A stretch of DNA of 64,000 nucleotides from Macrostomum lignano (GCA_002269645.1 NIVC01000042.1:372001-436000), one strand, 5' to 3'. Counted from the first letter of the stretch, positions 26,221-61,574 are shown. Notes: a model not told the origin generated them from the letters alone. Program-made: numbers and translations.

Positions 26221-28429
26221 AAAAAAACTTCCTGGAATTTATGTTATTTTATCAATTGATTAAAAGATCTATTATTTGGGAGGAAATAATGATAAAATGA
26301 AAAAATCAAACAAAAAAATGAATAAAATATTACTGCTGGCTAATTCTCAGTTCTTTAAATGGAGTTTCATGACTTGACCATTTGACTCTATTTGAAAATC
26401 AGTCTGTAGACACAGAGAAAAAAATTAATACTAGTATTCTCATAGCTTAAATTTATTCTTTTTAGATGTCTTAGTGTAGATGGTTTTTCTCGAAAATGTT
26501 GATTGAAAATGGAATATAATTAGACATTTTGCTCAATTTCAGTATAGCCATAGGCTATTGGCATATAATTTGGGTCTAATTCATCTATCTAGCGATCTAC
26601 TTAGACTAAAACGCCTTAACTTTTTAAAAGAAACTGCTTTATTATTCGTAGCTCATTTTGATTTCATTTTAACTATTCATTTATATTTTTCTGCTAGTTT
26701 AAAGTGACTTAAGCTAAATGCATATCTTAGTGTCAGTGGCAGTGTCCACTTATTAATTAGAAAGTGAAGATCTTTAAACGCAGAATAGTTGTTGACCAAA
26801 ATTTTAGAAAATACAAATATCACAATTGGATCTCGTAACAGTTGTGTTGAGAGCTCTTAGTCTGTGTGCTATATGTCCATGTTATATAGTACAAGATATA
26901 CATTTTCTAAGAAAAATGCAAATTTAAAGCACGAAAATTCAAAGCAGTTAAAAAACAAAACAACAGCGGTATTGTTTCAAAGAAAATGATGAATGCCAAA
27001 ACGGCTTGCTAAAAAGCAAGCTTGTTTTTTCATTAGCGTTATAATTTTTTAAGCTGATAAATTGTGCAATTTTTATATCTCTTATGTAAATGTACTTTTA
27101 TGGGTCAAATAATAAAACAAACCGTTAACATCTTCAAAGCACACATGATTCCGAATGATTTATAGTGTACTTCTACACTCTGCTAATTAGGCTGACGCCA
27201 GGCTAAATATTTTTTTAGAATCCACGTAACGATGGAACATGCATTGTAGTGCAATCCACTACATTTTTAGAATTACTATTGCAATCTCTAGAGCGTTATG
27301 GACAAGCAAGCAAGCATACAAATATTAGAGATTTAGTATATTTAGACTAGTATTAGAGCTATTATGTTATGCCTAATTATATATATTGACTATAGCATAG
27401 ATATTACCATTAATATAGCCAAAGACGAACTATTTTTATACTAGGGCTATTCTTAACCCTTAATGATTACCTTACTGATATCACCAAGCTGTACTAGGGG
27501 CCCTAGGCCTAGGGGGTAAACTGTATCTAAATCCCACCAATAAACCACCAAGCTGTTCTAGGGGTTGCTTCTATTTTATCAAATTTTCACCAAGCTGTAT
27601 AGTGCTTTATGTTCTCCTTTTAAAATCTCACTAACCTGCCATCAAAGGTTATGTAAGGCTTCTTACTATTTTTATATAGTGTACTCAGCATATATATTGT
27701 AATCAGATATTATTGGCATTGCTAGCATATGTATTATTTACTAATAGCTAATTAGCATCTACTGGCCTGAACAGTTATATGACATTTAACCTATTCCTAT
27801 CCTATACCCTATTTACTCATATCAAGGGATTTTTCTTAGTCCTAGGCATTCCTTAGATCAGAGGATGATAGCTCTAAAGCAATTTATGTTGCTCTAAGGC
27901 AATTTTACTGCTTAGTTTAAGGCAATTTACCTCAGATCACTAGGTAATTCTAATTCTCATTTTAGCAGTTTTTAATTCTTCCAATGTTGGGGTTTCTCAT
28001 TAAATAAGTGAAGGCTTATTAGAAGGCGCATGACCAAGATGGCCACACATTAAGGCGCATGACCAAGATGGCCACATACCAAGATGGCCACAGCTTTGAA
28101 TGGCTGCTTGGATAGGAATAGGTCTATATATTTCCTCATTTCCTATTGGCTGTGATTGGGGTGGGGTATGACGTAGCTTTAAGTCTCGGAGAAAACAGAT
28201 TTCGTTAGTGAAATTAGACTAAGTTAAACAAAAAAGACTTCCCTTTACAGCAGGTATTACTACCTACTAAAGCTAGTAGCACTACTAGCACAAGACATTT
28301 AATTTTTGTATCATGGATAATAGTTTCAAACCTATCTCAATATACTAAAACTGACGTGTTGTTTGTATATGTTAAAAGTTAAAGGTAGAGGGTAAAGGTA
28401 TTAGTTATGATAGAAGTAAGCAAAAATTG

Positions 28430-29053
28430 GAGTGCCCTCTTGTCTCTCATCTTTTCTCTCATCTCTGCACTCTTATCTCTTATCTTTTCTCTGTCATCTT
28501 TGCCCTCTTGTATCTAATCTTTTCTCTCTCTCTAATCTCTGCCCTCTCCTGTATCATCTTTCTCTCTCTCATCTCTGTCCTCTCCTCTCATCTATTGCCC
28601 TCTCTCTCTTATCTATTCTCTCTCTCATGTCTGCCCTCTTCTCTCATCTTTTCTCTCTCATGTCTACCCTCTCCTCTCATCTTCTCTCTCTTTCATCTCT
28701 GCCCTCTCCTCTCTCCTCTCCTCTCCTCTCTCCTCACCTCTTTGCTCTCATCTTCCTTTTCCTCTTCATTCTCTTCTCCCTTTCCTCCTTTCTCCTCTCC
28801 ATTAATCTCCCTTCTCCTCTCTCTCCGCTCATATTTAATCTCTCCTCTCATCAACTCTCTTCTCCTTTATTCCTTCGCCTCTCCTTTATCCTATGCTTGT
28901 ATTTCTCTTCTCTATTCCTTACCCTCTCTCCTCACCTCTGGCCCGCTCTGTCATCAGGACTCCTCGCTTCGCTTTGGGGGCCAACAAAGCGGCCACTAGA
29001 AGGGCAGTCATGAGCTGGGTTCTCAATCGAGGTAAAAAGTTTGCCAACCCCTG
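28430..29053 (+). mobile_element. CT-rich block ending in an hAT-Charlie-type right terminus
   Basis: Ends AGTTTGCCAACCCCTG (reverse complement of CAGGGGTTGGCAAACT, seen as a left end at 43350); 28940-29045 is homologous to a decayed copy at ~500-620. Left end and TSD not found. Confidence 0.6.
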
Positions 29054-29880
29054 CACTAAAAGCACCTGGCTCAGTCACATTAGATAAAAACTACATGTAT
29101 AGTGGAATGGCATTGAGAACAACGTGAACTAGCCTCTCTACTCTCAACCTCTACTCTCAGCCTCTATCTACTCTCAACCTCTCTATTCTCAGCCTCTCCA
29201 CTCTCAGCCTCTCTCTATTCTCAGCCTCTATCCACTCTCAACCTCTATCCCCAGCCTCTCTCTACTCTCAGCCCCTCTCTGTTCTCAGCCCCTCTCTGCT
29301 CTCAGCCTCTCTCTACTCTCATACACTAGTTTCATCTTCTCTCTCAGCTCAGCTTATATCTACTTCTAAAACCTGAAGTCATACTCAAACAAAAACTTGT
29401 CTTTCGAAAAACACATATCGGAAAAATCTCTGGCCTGCTGTCTCTCTCTATGTCCCTCGGATCCTTTGAAACTTCTATCTTCTCTTTTGTTTCCTCTCTC
29501 TCTCTTCTCTTCTCTTCTCTTCTTTCCTATCTCCTCTCCCATCTTCTCTCGTCGATCTTCCCTCACCTCTCTTCTCTTTCATCTTTGCTCTCTCTTCTCA
29601 TTTATCTCTGGTCTCCACTCTCTCCCCTTAGGAAAGAAGGAAAGATAGGAAAGATAGATAGCAAACATAGGAAAGAAGCGCAAGCCTATGTTTGAAAAAG
29701 TGCCCGACTTGTACCAGCTGAGGCCAGCTAGAAGGCAACGCGGGAGAGATATTGTTGTAGAATATCCAATCGAGAATGTGCCCACCCACCTTCTGGTGGA
29801 TGGGGGCAGTGCGCTGTCTTTGCTAAGAGCCAAAGACTATTCTAAAAAAATCACTGGAAGGAGCGTGGAGGCCTTGGAGC

Positions 29881-30147
29881 CATACATGCGCAACCCCCCT
29901 GATTTACACTGGCCATGCGACTTACTTTTTGACCAAAAATGCGACTTACCTGTAAAAGAAAACCCTAACGCAATTTTGGGTAAACGGCAGGAGTAACTAT
30001 GACTGTCTTATAAGTTATAAATGCCTCGTCATCTAATTAGTACTATGTCTGTATTATTTAGGCTGGGAATTTTTGCGACTTACCCCTGGTCCACCACAAT
30101 TTACGGTGGCCAGATCGGCCAGGTCGGCCAGCAGTTGCGCATGTATG
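29881..30147 (+). mobile_element. 267-bp MITE of the CATACATGCGCAAC-TIR family, carrying a 28S fragment
   Basis: Perfect 14-bp TIRs; 8-bp TSD CTTGGAGC at 29873-29880 and 30148-30155; both ends homologous to 42232-45638. Confidence 0.92.
29978..30041 (+). rRNA. 28S rRNA pseudo-fragment (R2/I-PpoI target region)
   Basis: GGGTAAACGGCAGGAGTAACTATGA-ctgtcttataagttat-AAATGCCTCGTCATCTAATTAGT. Confidence 0.9.
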
Positions 30148-30559
30148 CTTGGAGCCCCCATGTGTGAATGCCATGTCATGCCATTAAAGATTATAGGACT
30201 GAGAAAATTTATTTATTAGGAGTTAGTCTCCCATTCAACCCCCGCTAAGTGGCAGAATGGTAGTCAGCCCGTGATTGCTTAATCCCCTCCCAATTAGCGT
30301 ATTGAAAGTTTGCTCGTGTTGCCCCATTGGATACCGCTTTTCGCTTATTTACGTGTGCTTTCCATTATATTCAAACTATGTTGTGACTCCGTGCTCATGT
30401 GGGATGTGGCGATGTTTAAATATTTAGGATTTGAGCTCAAATTTGAGCTCGTACGGTATGTGTTTATTCCCTATAAGTCAATATTATCTTGGAAACAATG
30501 GAAGTCTGGGACTGTTAAAATTAGCATATTTCAGTTTGATTTCTCGTGTTTGTTCGCAC

Positions 30560-31100
30560 CTCGTAGGTCAGTTCTCTATTCTCTATTCTCTCTCCTCTAT
30601 CGTCTCGACCCTCTCTCCTATTATTTATTTCCTGTCTTATCTCCTCTCTCTCATCTCTCATCTGTACTCTCCTTTAACATCTCTCCTCTTTTTTTCCCAA
30701 CTCTCCCAACTCTTCTCTCAACTTTCTCCCCTTTACTCTTTCACCTTCCCTCTCTACTCTCTTCTCCCTCTCCCTCTCATCTCTCATCTCTCCCATCTCT
30801 ATTCTCCTTTCTACTCTCTCCCTTCTCCATTTTTCTATTTCCTCTCATCTCTCTTCTCTCCCTTCCCCTCTCTTCCTGTCCTCTCAATTCTCCCCCTTTA
30901 TTCTCCTTTCTCCTTCACTCCACTTCTCTCCCATTGTCTCTCATGTCTGCTCTCACATATTTCTCTTCTCTCTCCACTCGTCTCTATAATCTCTTCCCTC
31001 TCCTCTCTCCTCTGTTCTAGCTCTACTGTCTCATTTCTCGTCTCTGCTTTCTCATCTCTTCTTTCTCCTTTTTCATCTCTCCTATCTGATCTCTTCTCTC
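30560..31100. repeat. CT-rich low-complexity tract
   Basis: Pyrimidine-rich degenerate microsatellite; similar tracts at 28430-28930, 29130-29630 and 44450-45060. Confidence 0.85.
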
Positions 31101-34100
31101 TTCTGTTTGTATCAGACTTGTATCTGAACATGTATTTAGAGGTTCAGCTTATTTTGACGAGATTTCAGAATTGTCAGACTTTGATTGAAGCAAGTTGCGT
31201 TTCTTGGGTATCAGTACTTGCTGAAAAATACATGCATCTCATATCTGTGCAAATTTGCCGCAGTACATAAAGAGTACAAATGATATTTACATAAATAAAT
31301 CTGAGGCTTCATGCTAAGTGCTGCATGCAAAGTCACTATATTGAGTTATTTATTTACAAGCCAAATTGTTATCATGGTTACCAACCATAGCAGTTGGCTA
31401 AAAATGTTAAAACTGAAAAAAGATTGCAACGAAAAATAACAATATGGCTGATTTGAGGTGAGCTGTTTTATATAGATAGATTTTTTATCTCCACCACGCA
31501 AGCCAGTCAGTTATTTAGACTGTATTTATGACTTCCAATTGTATCGTATCAGTACAGCTAGGCCAAGATTGAAAAAAAGTTGCTCTAGGGTTGGCTTGAG
31601 TGTAACAATCCGTGAGGCATCACCACCACTAGGGGAGCAGTGTGAGGACTGTTTGACCATAAATTAACTCTTTGCTCATTCAAGCTTGAATTGACAGCAA
31701 CTCCGCCTACCTTTTGTATTCAACTTAAACAACAGAATATGGCTCGTATGTGAACTCAATAGAAGTGGAAATCAAAAATAAAAAAAACTGCATCAGTTGC
31801 CACCCATTCACGATATTTCATATTATTTCTAGATACCAACGGATTGACAGCAGTTTGTAGCAATGAATAAATTGTTTTTCTATGAAATATTTCATCAGGC
31901 CTAGCTGTTCTGCGAATGTGGGTGCAAAAGGTATCTCATATCTGCATTTTAATAGCGCGTATACGTAGCTCATATAATATCATGCATAATGATGGGGATG
32001 ATGGGATGATGATGAATTATGGAGGAAGAAGTGCACTGAGTCACACATACATGCAGTGACTAGCCCAAGTAAAGGCTGCTTGCTCTGTAAGTGCGACGCA
32101 ATGAACCCCCCAATCCCAAATTTGAGCGTAAAACAAAGTGTAATATCTGGCAAGAAATGTGCACGGTGATTCTTAAATATGCTCCAGGGCTATATTGGGT
32201 GCAGCAACTAAGTAAGTGCGGATTAAAAGGATAAAAAAGCTACACCAGATTTTATATGAAGAAGAGATTTGTTTAATGCGAAATATGTTTACACCTCTTA
32301 GGGCCCTACTATAAGTAGGAAATTAAGACTCGTAACCATTTTTGTCTTTAGCCCTGCAATATGCTAATAAAATTTTGACTGCCTATCTAAACCCCCCCAT
32401 TGCAACCCCACATCTCCCCACCCGAAGCTATCCAATAGTAAACCAGCTGTCATTTTCCGTGACCCCCACCTCAGCTGTGGCCATCTTGGTGTGTGGCCAT
32501 CTTGGTCTTACACCCACATTAAGATGGCCATAGCTCTAAATGTCTAAACAGATAATAATAAGCTTAGGTTTCTATATTCTTTGAACCACCCTGTAGCTAA
32601 GTAGGTTTCTATATTTCACTCATTTCCTATTGGTAGTAAGGAAGATAGATGCTATAAATAATTGAATTTTATTATATTATAATCATTCCCTTTGGCTTTA
32701 ACTTTTATTGTAGCCTGACTTAGAGGCCTATAGATATTTATCCACTAGGTCTACATAAAACAAGTAACTTAGCACAAAATAAATACTTTATTGCATATTT
32801 ATCCAATTTTTTTGCATAGCTAGCAATCATTATTACTAGGCCTAGTAATGGTTTCTTGATAAACTGATAGTGATAAATTTGATAGATGTAATGATAGAAA
32901 ATAAATTGGTATAAACATTGAAAAAGATTAAGTTTTTGTATCATAGATAATTAGTTTCAAAATTTTTAGTATATAGGATATATTATTGCATTACTCATCA
33001 GTATTTATGAATATGATTGATTAAATAAAAGTTAATATTAATATTCAATTGATATAATAATATTAAAATTAAAGTTAATATAACAATAGCTATTATTATA
33101 TTGCTAATTAATGGTAGAAAGAGAGTAGACACAATAGAGATTCAATGTGGTGACCATCTTAGGCTAGGGCCTAGTAAATGGCCATCTTGGTCTTACACAA
33201 ACTGCTAATAGGCCTAGCAAATTTGATTTGTTTCTTTCCAAATTGGAAGTTGATTAATAAAGCTCATAAGTAGGAGGTTGGTTACTCTCTTGGTTTTTGA
33301 GCTTTTATTTATACTCATTAAGAAAATAATTTTAAACCAATTTTTATTTGCAAAATATTATTTTAAAACATGGTTAATTTAAATTAGGATAAAAATTAAA
33401 ATATAGTATTTTCTAAAAAAGAATAAGTTGTAATTGTTAAAAAGATTCAAAGAATATAAAAAAGAATATGCTATAAAATGAGTACTGTTTTACTATAAAA
33501 GAGCACTACATTTAGTATAGGCCTGTAGATATATTACTACTAATATATATATTAGAAAAAATTAAATTGCCTAATCACTATGGCACATGACTAAGATTGC
33601 CATATACCAAGACTACCACAACTATTATTGGCTACTAGCATTGAAGGCCAAGGAGCTATCAATCTTCTAGCATTGCTATTCTTCTTGTATGTTTCTCTCT
33701 TGTAGCCTTGTCCTACTGGCTCTCCTACCTACTCATCTCCTCTTTAGCATAATCAAATAACACATTGAGCCAAATTCCTCTCCTAGCTCCCCCAAGTGTG
33801 GCAATCTTGGTGTGTGGCTGTCTTGGTCCTACACTACCACTGAAGAGTTTATTGGGTGGTGATCAGTCACTCAATAACTCCCTCTTCTAGACACTAGGGA
33901 ACAAGTGCCTAGGAATAAACAAAATCAAATAACTCTATAGTGGATCCTCTTGAGGTTGGTAGTCAGCGGGGTCTTGTAGGGCTAGCTAGCTTGATGTGCG
34001 GTAGCGGCCAGTTCTAGTGAACAGCTGTTGTTTCTTAGAGTCCTTAACTTTATCTGTAGGTTGACAAAAACTAGAGCAAGTCAGAATTCTTGATGATCCT

Positions 34101-35775
34101 CGAGCTTGGAATTAACAATAGAATGTACACCCTTATAAACAACTGAATTCTTTAAATCTCTGTAACAGGTCCCCCTAATTCTTTGTTATTCTTTGTTACA
34201 TCTGAAATGTAACAGATAACTCAAATTAACTCAATAATCCTCTAGGAATGTATCCTAGGAAACAAGGAGGCCTTTCTCAAATGTGTTGACAATAAGTGTC
34301 TCGTAAACTTAATTAATCAACTTATTAGCACTAGTAACAAATAACTAAATCAGGTAAATGCTTACCAATTGGTCCAGATTTCTTCTCTTAGAGATGGGTC
34401 TTCTTAGTTAATGTACTCCAAGGTATTCCTTGAGACCACTCTGAGTCTGAATTATTCACTTAGATTTTTGCTTACATTTATAGTTAAATTTTGGTGAAAA
34501 ACTGTTATAAAATTGATTATTTACTTAGGTTACATATGTTTGATTAAGGGGTCATAAATGTATGATCATTACCATAAAAGGAATTAAGCAAAATAAAACT
34601 AGCGAGAACCAGTTCCTTGATCAAATAAATGTCGGTCCTATGTAGGGCTCTAAGTCACTTCTGTTTGCACATGACTCATTCTAAAATATAATTTCTAAAA
34701 ATAGACATGATTCACCATGACTCATTCTAAAAATAGATTACAAGTTTAGATTGATTCTATTAGAAAATTACTTTAAGTAGTGCATTACAGTATGACTAAA
34801 ATATCTACACCACTACTATTGTTATGTAAAATGGTATTAGGAGATGTAGGACTAAAATAAACATTTTGCATTTTTTGTATGTCTAGCACAATATTAAAAT
34901 ATAGAATATAAGGCTTCTATTATATATAATAAAGGTTCACTTTAAGCATGATTTTGACTATAATAAGCATTTTTTTATTGGTGCCAATTTGAAATAACTG
35001 ATTTTACCCAATAAAAAGATGCACTAGATTCTAAGGTGAATTTTATATCAAAATGCCTAGTCAGTATATTAGTGCCAATTAGAATAATATATTTCAATGA
35101 AAGTATTGCCTTTTAATATTCAAGTATACAATTAGACACAATTAGCATATTAAAAGATTTACTTACAAATACCAAAATGATAGATTATATAGTTAAGTTA
35201 TATTATTAGAATAATAGAAATTAAAATTGATTTGTATATTTTATATAAGATTTTTATGTGCTTCAAGTATTGGCCTAGGCCTCAGATTTTTAGTAAACTA
35301 TTTTATTCTAGGACTAAAGTATTTATTAACTAGGTTTATATAATATATAAACAGTGTGACTATACATTGTATGTCTCATATTCTACCAATAGCTAATATC
35401 AATAGTTAAATAAAATTGAGCCAAGTGGCAATTGGATTGGCTAGCTTTTTTTCTGCCTAAAAGTTATATTGGTTTTTATATTAAGAACATTTTCCTTTTT
35501 AACAAAGCTTCAAATGAAATAAGTTTTAATTGAAATATAGTTTGAGAATAAGAATATAATTTAATTTTTTGGATTAGACTTTAGATTGGACAGATGTTAG
35601 CAAGGACTTAGCACTGAATTATTTATTGACCAATAGTTTGTCTTAGTTGTGGTGTTGGTATTGTCATTCACAATGGAAGCCAAATAAATAAACAAATTAC
35701 TTATGTAATCTTTTGCTAGCTCACTGTTTAATAACTTCAGAAACAGTAAGCCAAGCCAGCCACAAATTGGCGGTC

Positions 35776-57571
<21,796 letters not shown>

Positions 57572-58937
57572 GCTGGCCTGGCGGGATGCACTTTTATTAT
57601 TGATAAAGCATACTGTATCTATATCTATAACTAGACTAGACCATAAGCGCGTGTTGATTGCTTGTTTAAATCAGAACAAACCTATATTTAAACTCTTATT
57701 GATTGCAATTATAGTTTTGTATTCATAGAATAAATTTTGAAGTTTAATTTCGTGCTTTTTAAAATACTTTTAGGAGCGTTTCTATGTTGTTGGTGTCCTT
57801 ATTAGGATTGTTCGTTTCCGGCACGAATTCAAATTTCAATATTTGTTTAACAAGCAAGGCTATTTTGGAGCGTTTGGAGGGAGTCCTGCATATATTCGTA
57901 AAGTAAAAATACTTTACTTGCATGCCTTTCAGCTTTAATCGTTGCGTCAACTATTTCATAATTTATTAAGTTAACTAACCTATCTCGCCTGTTTCCCCTC
58001 AAATAATTATTTTCATCCTACTTGTGTATTTAGTTTCATAATGTACTATTGAATATTCCACACTATAATTTCTGTAGTTTGAATATATTATTACAATGCA
58101 TGAATTGATTGTTGTCAAGTGGTAAAGATTTTTTTATTAAGTAAAATTAGTACATTCCCCGTAAATTCAATTTCAGATTTAATACTCGTATGTGTTCTAA
58201 TATATTTCTATACGGAATTTTCGTTGCAATTGCGCCGAGCCAGCGATACCGATTGCTGTCTCATTCATTTCCTATCAACCCACCCCGATGTACTCCCGCC
58301 TATCAGCCAGTCCCCCACCCCAATGTACTCCCGCCTATCAGCCAGTCCCCCACCCCAATGTACTTCCCGCTTATCAGCCAGTCCCCACCCTAATGTCAGT
58401 CAGTCAATCCAGCCACCATATAAGGTCAAATGATCATATTTTTCTTCAAAAAGGGTTTGGACTTTTTTCTCGCACGTTTTGGTTGATATTTTTCCCTGAG
58501 TACCCTATGTGTCTCCGCAGATATAAAAATATTTGTGATGCCCGACTTGTAATGTTAGCAGATACACACGTGTGTAGTACGTGTGTACGCATGCACTTGA
58601 AACGCAATTAACTTCAGCGTTTACTCCTAGATCCTCACATAGTAACCTAGAGTCTTCGTGTTAAATTATATTGTTATTAAATATATTTTATTTTAAATTA
58701 GTTGCACTTCTTATTGGTTCCATTTTTTACACTTTTTGTGACAGTTTAGCCATAAGATTACATTTTAGTTATGCGCCATCGGTTGGCTAATCTTATCAAG
58801 GTTATTATCGATCTTTAGAACTTTTTGTCTTGACTTATTCCCGTCCGTAAGTGATGTACACTCTCAAAGACACTCTCAAAGTGTACAATTTCCTTTACCC
58901 CAGTGTACACTCTCCCAGACCAAACGCTTCCCCCTTA

Positions 58938-59281
58938 TATATATAGAGGCAGGGGGGTTGCGTGCACCCTGGCGCACTTTAAGCGACATAGGCACACAAC
59001 CGGCGAGAGGCATTACTTCCCATTCCGCCGACTCCCCTGAGCAGGCATACAAGCGCGCGGATACGTACGCAGGCACACACTCACAGGAGTTTACAGCGGC
59101 CCTAACTTTATATTATCGTTAGGCATGTACACTTCACTGCGCCTTGGGGGGTTGGCTCTCAAGGCCGTTAATTGCACGAGCAGAGCCAAGCCGAGATTCC
59201 AATTCAGCCCCAAATTAATGTGACTGCACTTGGAATCGAGCCTGGGTCACTGGCACACCAGAGCCTGCGTTAGACCGCTGG
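58938..59281 (-). mobile_element. tRNA-derived SINE, near full length (~345 bp)
   Basis: Minus strand starts AGCCCAGCGGTCTAACGC..GGCTCGATTCCAAGTGCAGTC (A- and B-box-like), then body, then a (TA)n tail; flanked by GCTTCCCCCTTA at 58926-58937 and 59282-59293 (also the host array motif, so the TSD is tentative). Confidence 0.8.
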
Positions 59282-59289
59282 GCTTCCCC

Positions 59290-59590
59290 CTTACCCCAAT
59301 GTACACTCTCCCAGACCCTAAATTTCCCCTACCCCAATGTACACTCTCCCAGACCCGACGCTTCCCCCTTACCCCAATGTACACTCCCTAACATGTAACA
59401 CTCCCTCCCTAACACTTCCCCTACCCCCATGTACACTCTCCCAGATCAAAGACCTCCCCCTACCCCCATGTACACTCTCCCAGATCAAAGACCTCCCCCT
59501 ACCCCCATGTACACTCTCCCAGATCAAAGACCTCCCCCCTACCCCAATGTACACTATTCCAGACCCAACACTTTCCTCTACCCCAATTTA
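59290..59590. repeat. Degenerate ~39-bp minisatellite (CCCCTACCCCAATGTACACTCTCCCAGA...)n
   Basis: Tandem units; the array is interrupted by the SINE (one unit at ~58890-58937). Confidence 0.85.
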
Positions 59591-59774
59591 CACTCCTCCT
59601 ACCTATCCCACAAGCCTTTGCAGTTTTCAATCCACGATATAGTAACTATCAAAGCCTTATTGTGTTTTGTTTTTTACAGTCTTCCGTTCCAGCGGGTTGC
59701 AGCCGCGAACAGCCAGCTGGTGCTGTATAAATGCCTGCTTCTAACTTATTTCTAACTAAGAAATTGTCAGCAGC

Positions 59775-61459
59775 ATGACAGACATTCACAGGCGGCTGGT
59801 TAAATCAGCGAGTCAGCTCAACCTTAGCAAGTGAGTTAGTGAATAAATAATGTAAACTATTATTTGTTTGACCTATCAATACGACTTATTTGTAAATTCT
59901 GGCAAAACTTCTGGCAAACTCGCCGCAGAGCTAATAACGACATCATGTTTTGTTAAACGAATGGACTTTTATCATCATTGTAAGATTTTTAATTGACAAT
60001 TGACAATTTTTTTGACTAGCTTAAATACCTTTGCTGTCCCTGACAGTCCCTCATGCATGATCTTTTCTTTACTTATGGATTGCTTTAGATTACTCTTCAC
60101 TGTGCTTTGGGGGTTGGCCCGCAAGGCCGTTAATTTGACGAGCAGAGCCAATTTGACTGCACTTGGAATCGAGCCTGGGCCGCTGGCACATCAGAGCGCC
60201 GCGCTAGACCATAAGGCTACGGCACCCCATGACATATATACTATAGTGCACTTTAAAAGCCGGACTGCTTCAATCTAAGACACTTCTTCTCATCACCCCC
60301 CTAAGGTACAAAAACCAGCGGGCCCAGCCGGGCCAGCCCTACGTGCCAACTAGACAAGAGCATCTCGCAAACATTCTATCCCACCTGTTCATGATACCGG
60401 CATCGCTGTACCGCATGTACACCATGCTGAGCCGATCCGCTGACAGCGCCCAGACTATCACTTCGCTTATCTACGGCGCCTCCGGCATCTGCCTGTTTTT
60501 AATCTCTTCGCTATTTCACATATTCGCCTTCCGCGGCGGGCCTTGGTAAGCGTTGAGCTTATATTTGCAATATCTATATACACTTTTATTTCTACTATTA
60601 GTAGTGCAGTTTGATCAGTAGCATCTCTGTTTTATTAATTCTTTGCAGCCAACTAAAAGAGATTTTCCACAGATGCGATCGCGTGTTTATCTACATTTTT
60701 ATTGCCGCCAGCTATACGCCTTGGTGAGAAACGTTTTCCGAACCCTTTTTTGCACAATATTCCATGAAGCTAGGTAAAAACCTTTTAAATAACTGTTTTG
60801 CATCCCACAGGCTTGTATTGCGCGATTTCGAATACGATATTGGCACTAGTTGTATGTATACCGTTTGGACTGCCGCTATTCTTGGCATCACTTATCAACT
60901 TTTGTTTCACGAGAAGTGAGTCACTTTTAAATGGATTACATTAAATGTACCTTTCAAGCGTAGATATATGCTATGACAACCAATTAAAATTGCCAGCCAA
61001 TCAGCTGAAACGAAGTATAAAAGCCAATTAAATTAGCCAGCCAATCAGCTGAGGCGTAATAATTAACAAAGGAAATTAAAGTTTGTTAGTCAGCTAGTGA
61101 ATAAATAACTTTCAGGCACAAGTGGCTGGAAGTTTCGCTCTACTTGGTTGTCGGAATTGCTCCTGGCGTACTTGTCAGCCTAAGAATGGTAAGTACTGAA
61201 GTTATTTGCCCGTATGCTTAAGCCTAGTTATCTGAATACTTATCATTAACAACTATCACAGAAAAATCCTGACGGCCTTTTCGAGCTGATTCTGGGCGGT
61301 GCAATCTACGTATTTGGCGTAGTCTTTTTCAAGCTGGACGGCATTTTGCCATTTGCGCACGCTATCTGGCACCTGTTTGTAGTGGCTGGAGCCGTGCTCC
61401 ACTTTGACGCTGTGGCTACGCATCTAGTTGGCCAAATTCACGACGACATGGGCTTTTAG
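59775..61459 (+). CDS. MMD: MMD-like PAQR / hemolysin-III family membrane protein (248 aa)
   Basis: Exons 59775-59830, 60306-60545, 60649-60723, 60811-60915, 61116-61188, 61262-61459, phase-consistent. Motifs YVPTRQEHLANILSH, SSLFHI, FHRCDRVFIYIFIAASYTPW, GVVFFKLDGILPFAHAIWHLFV. Confidence 0.93.
60090..60228 (-). mobile_element. SINE 5' fragment (tRNA head plus start of body) in MMD intron 1
   Basis: Reverse complement GGTGCCGTAGCCTTATGGTCTAGCGCGG..GGCTCGATTCCAAGTGCAGTC..TTAACGGCCTTGCGGGCCAACCCCC; homologous to 59140-59281. Confidence 0.78.
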
Positions 61460-61574
61460 AAATGTTTTTTCTGCCATTATTTTCTTTTGTTTTGTGCATC
61501 ATTTCGAACTTTGGTTTGCGCATAAATGGAAATTTTGGAATTATTCAAATAATGAATTTTCATCTAGAGGATAA

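Noticed and set aside
29688-29996. 102-aa ORF overlapping the 267-bp MITE
   Set aside because: It crosses the TSD and element boundary, with no recognisable domain or splice support.
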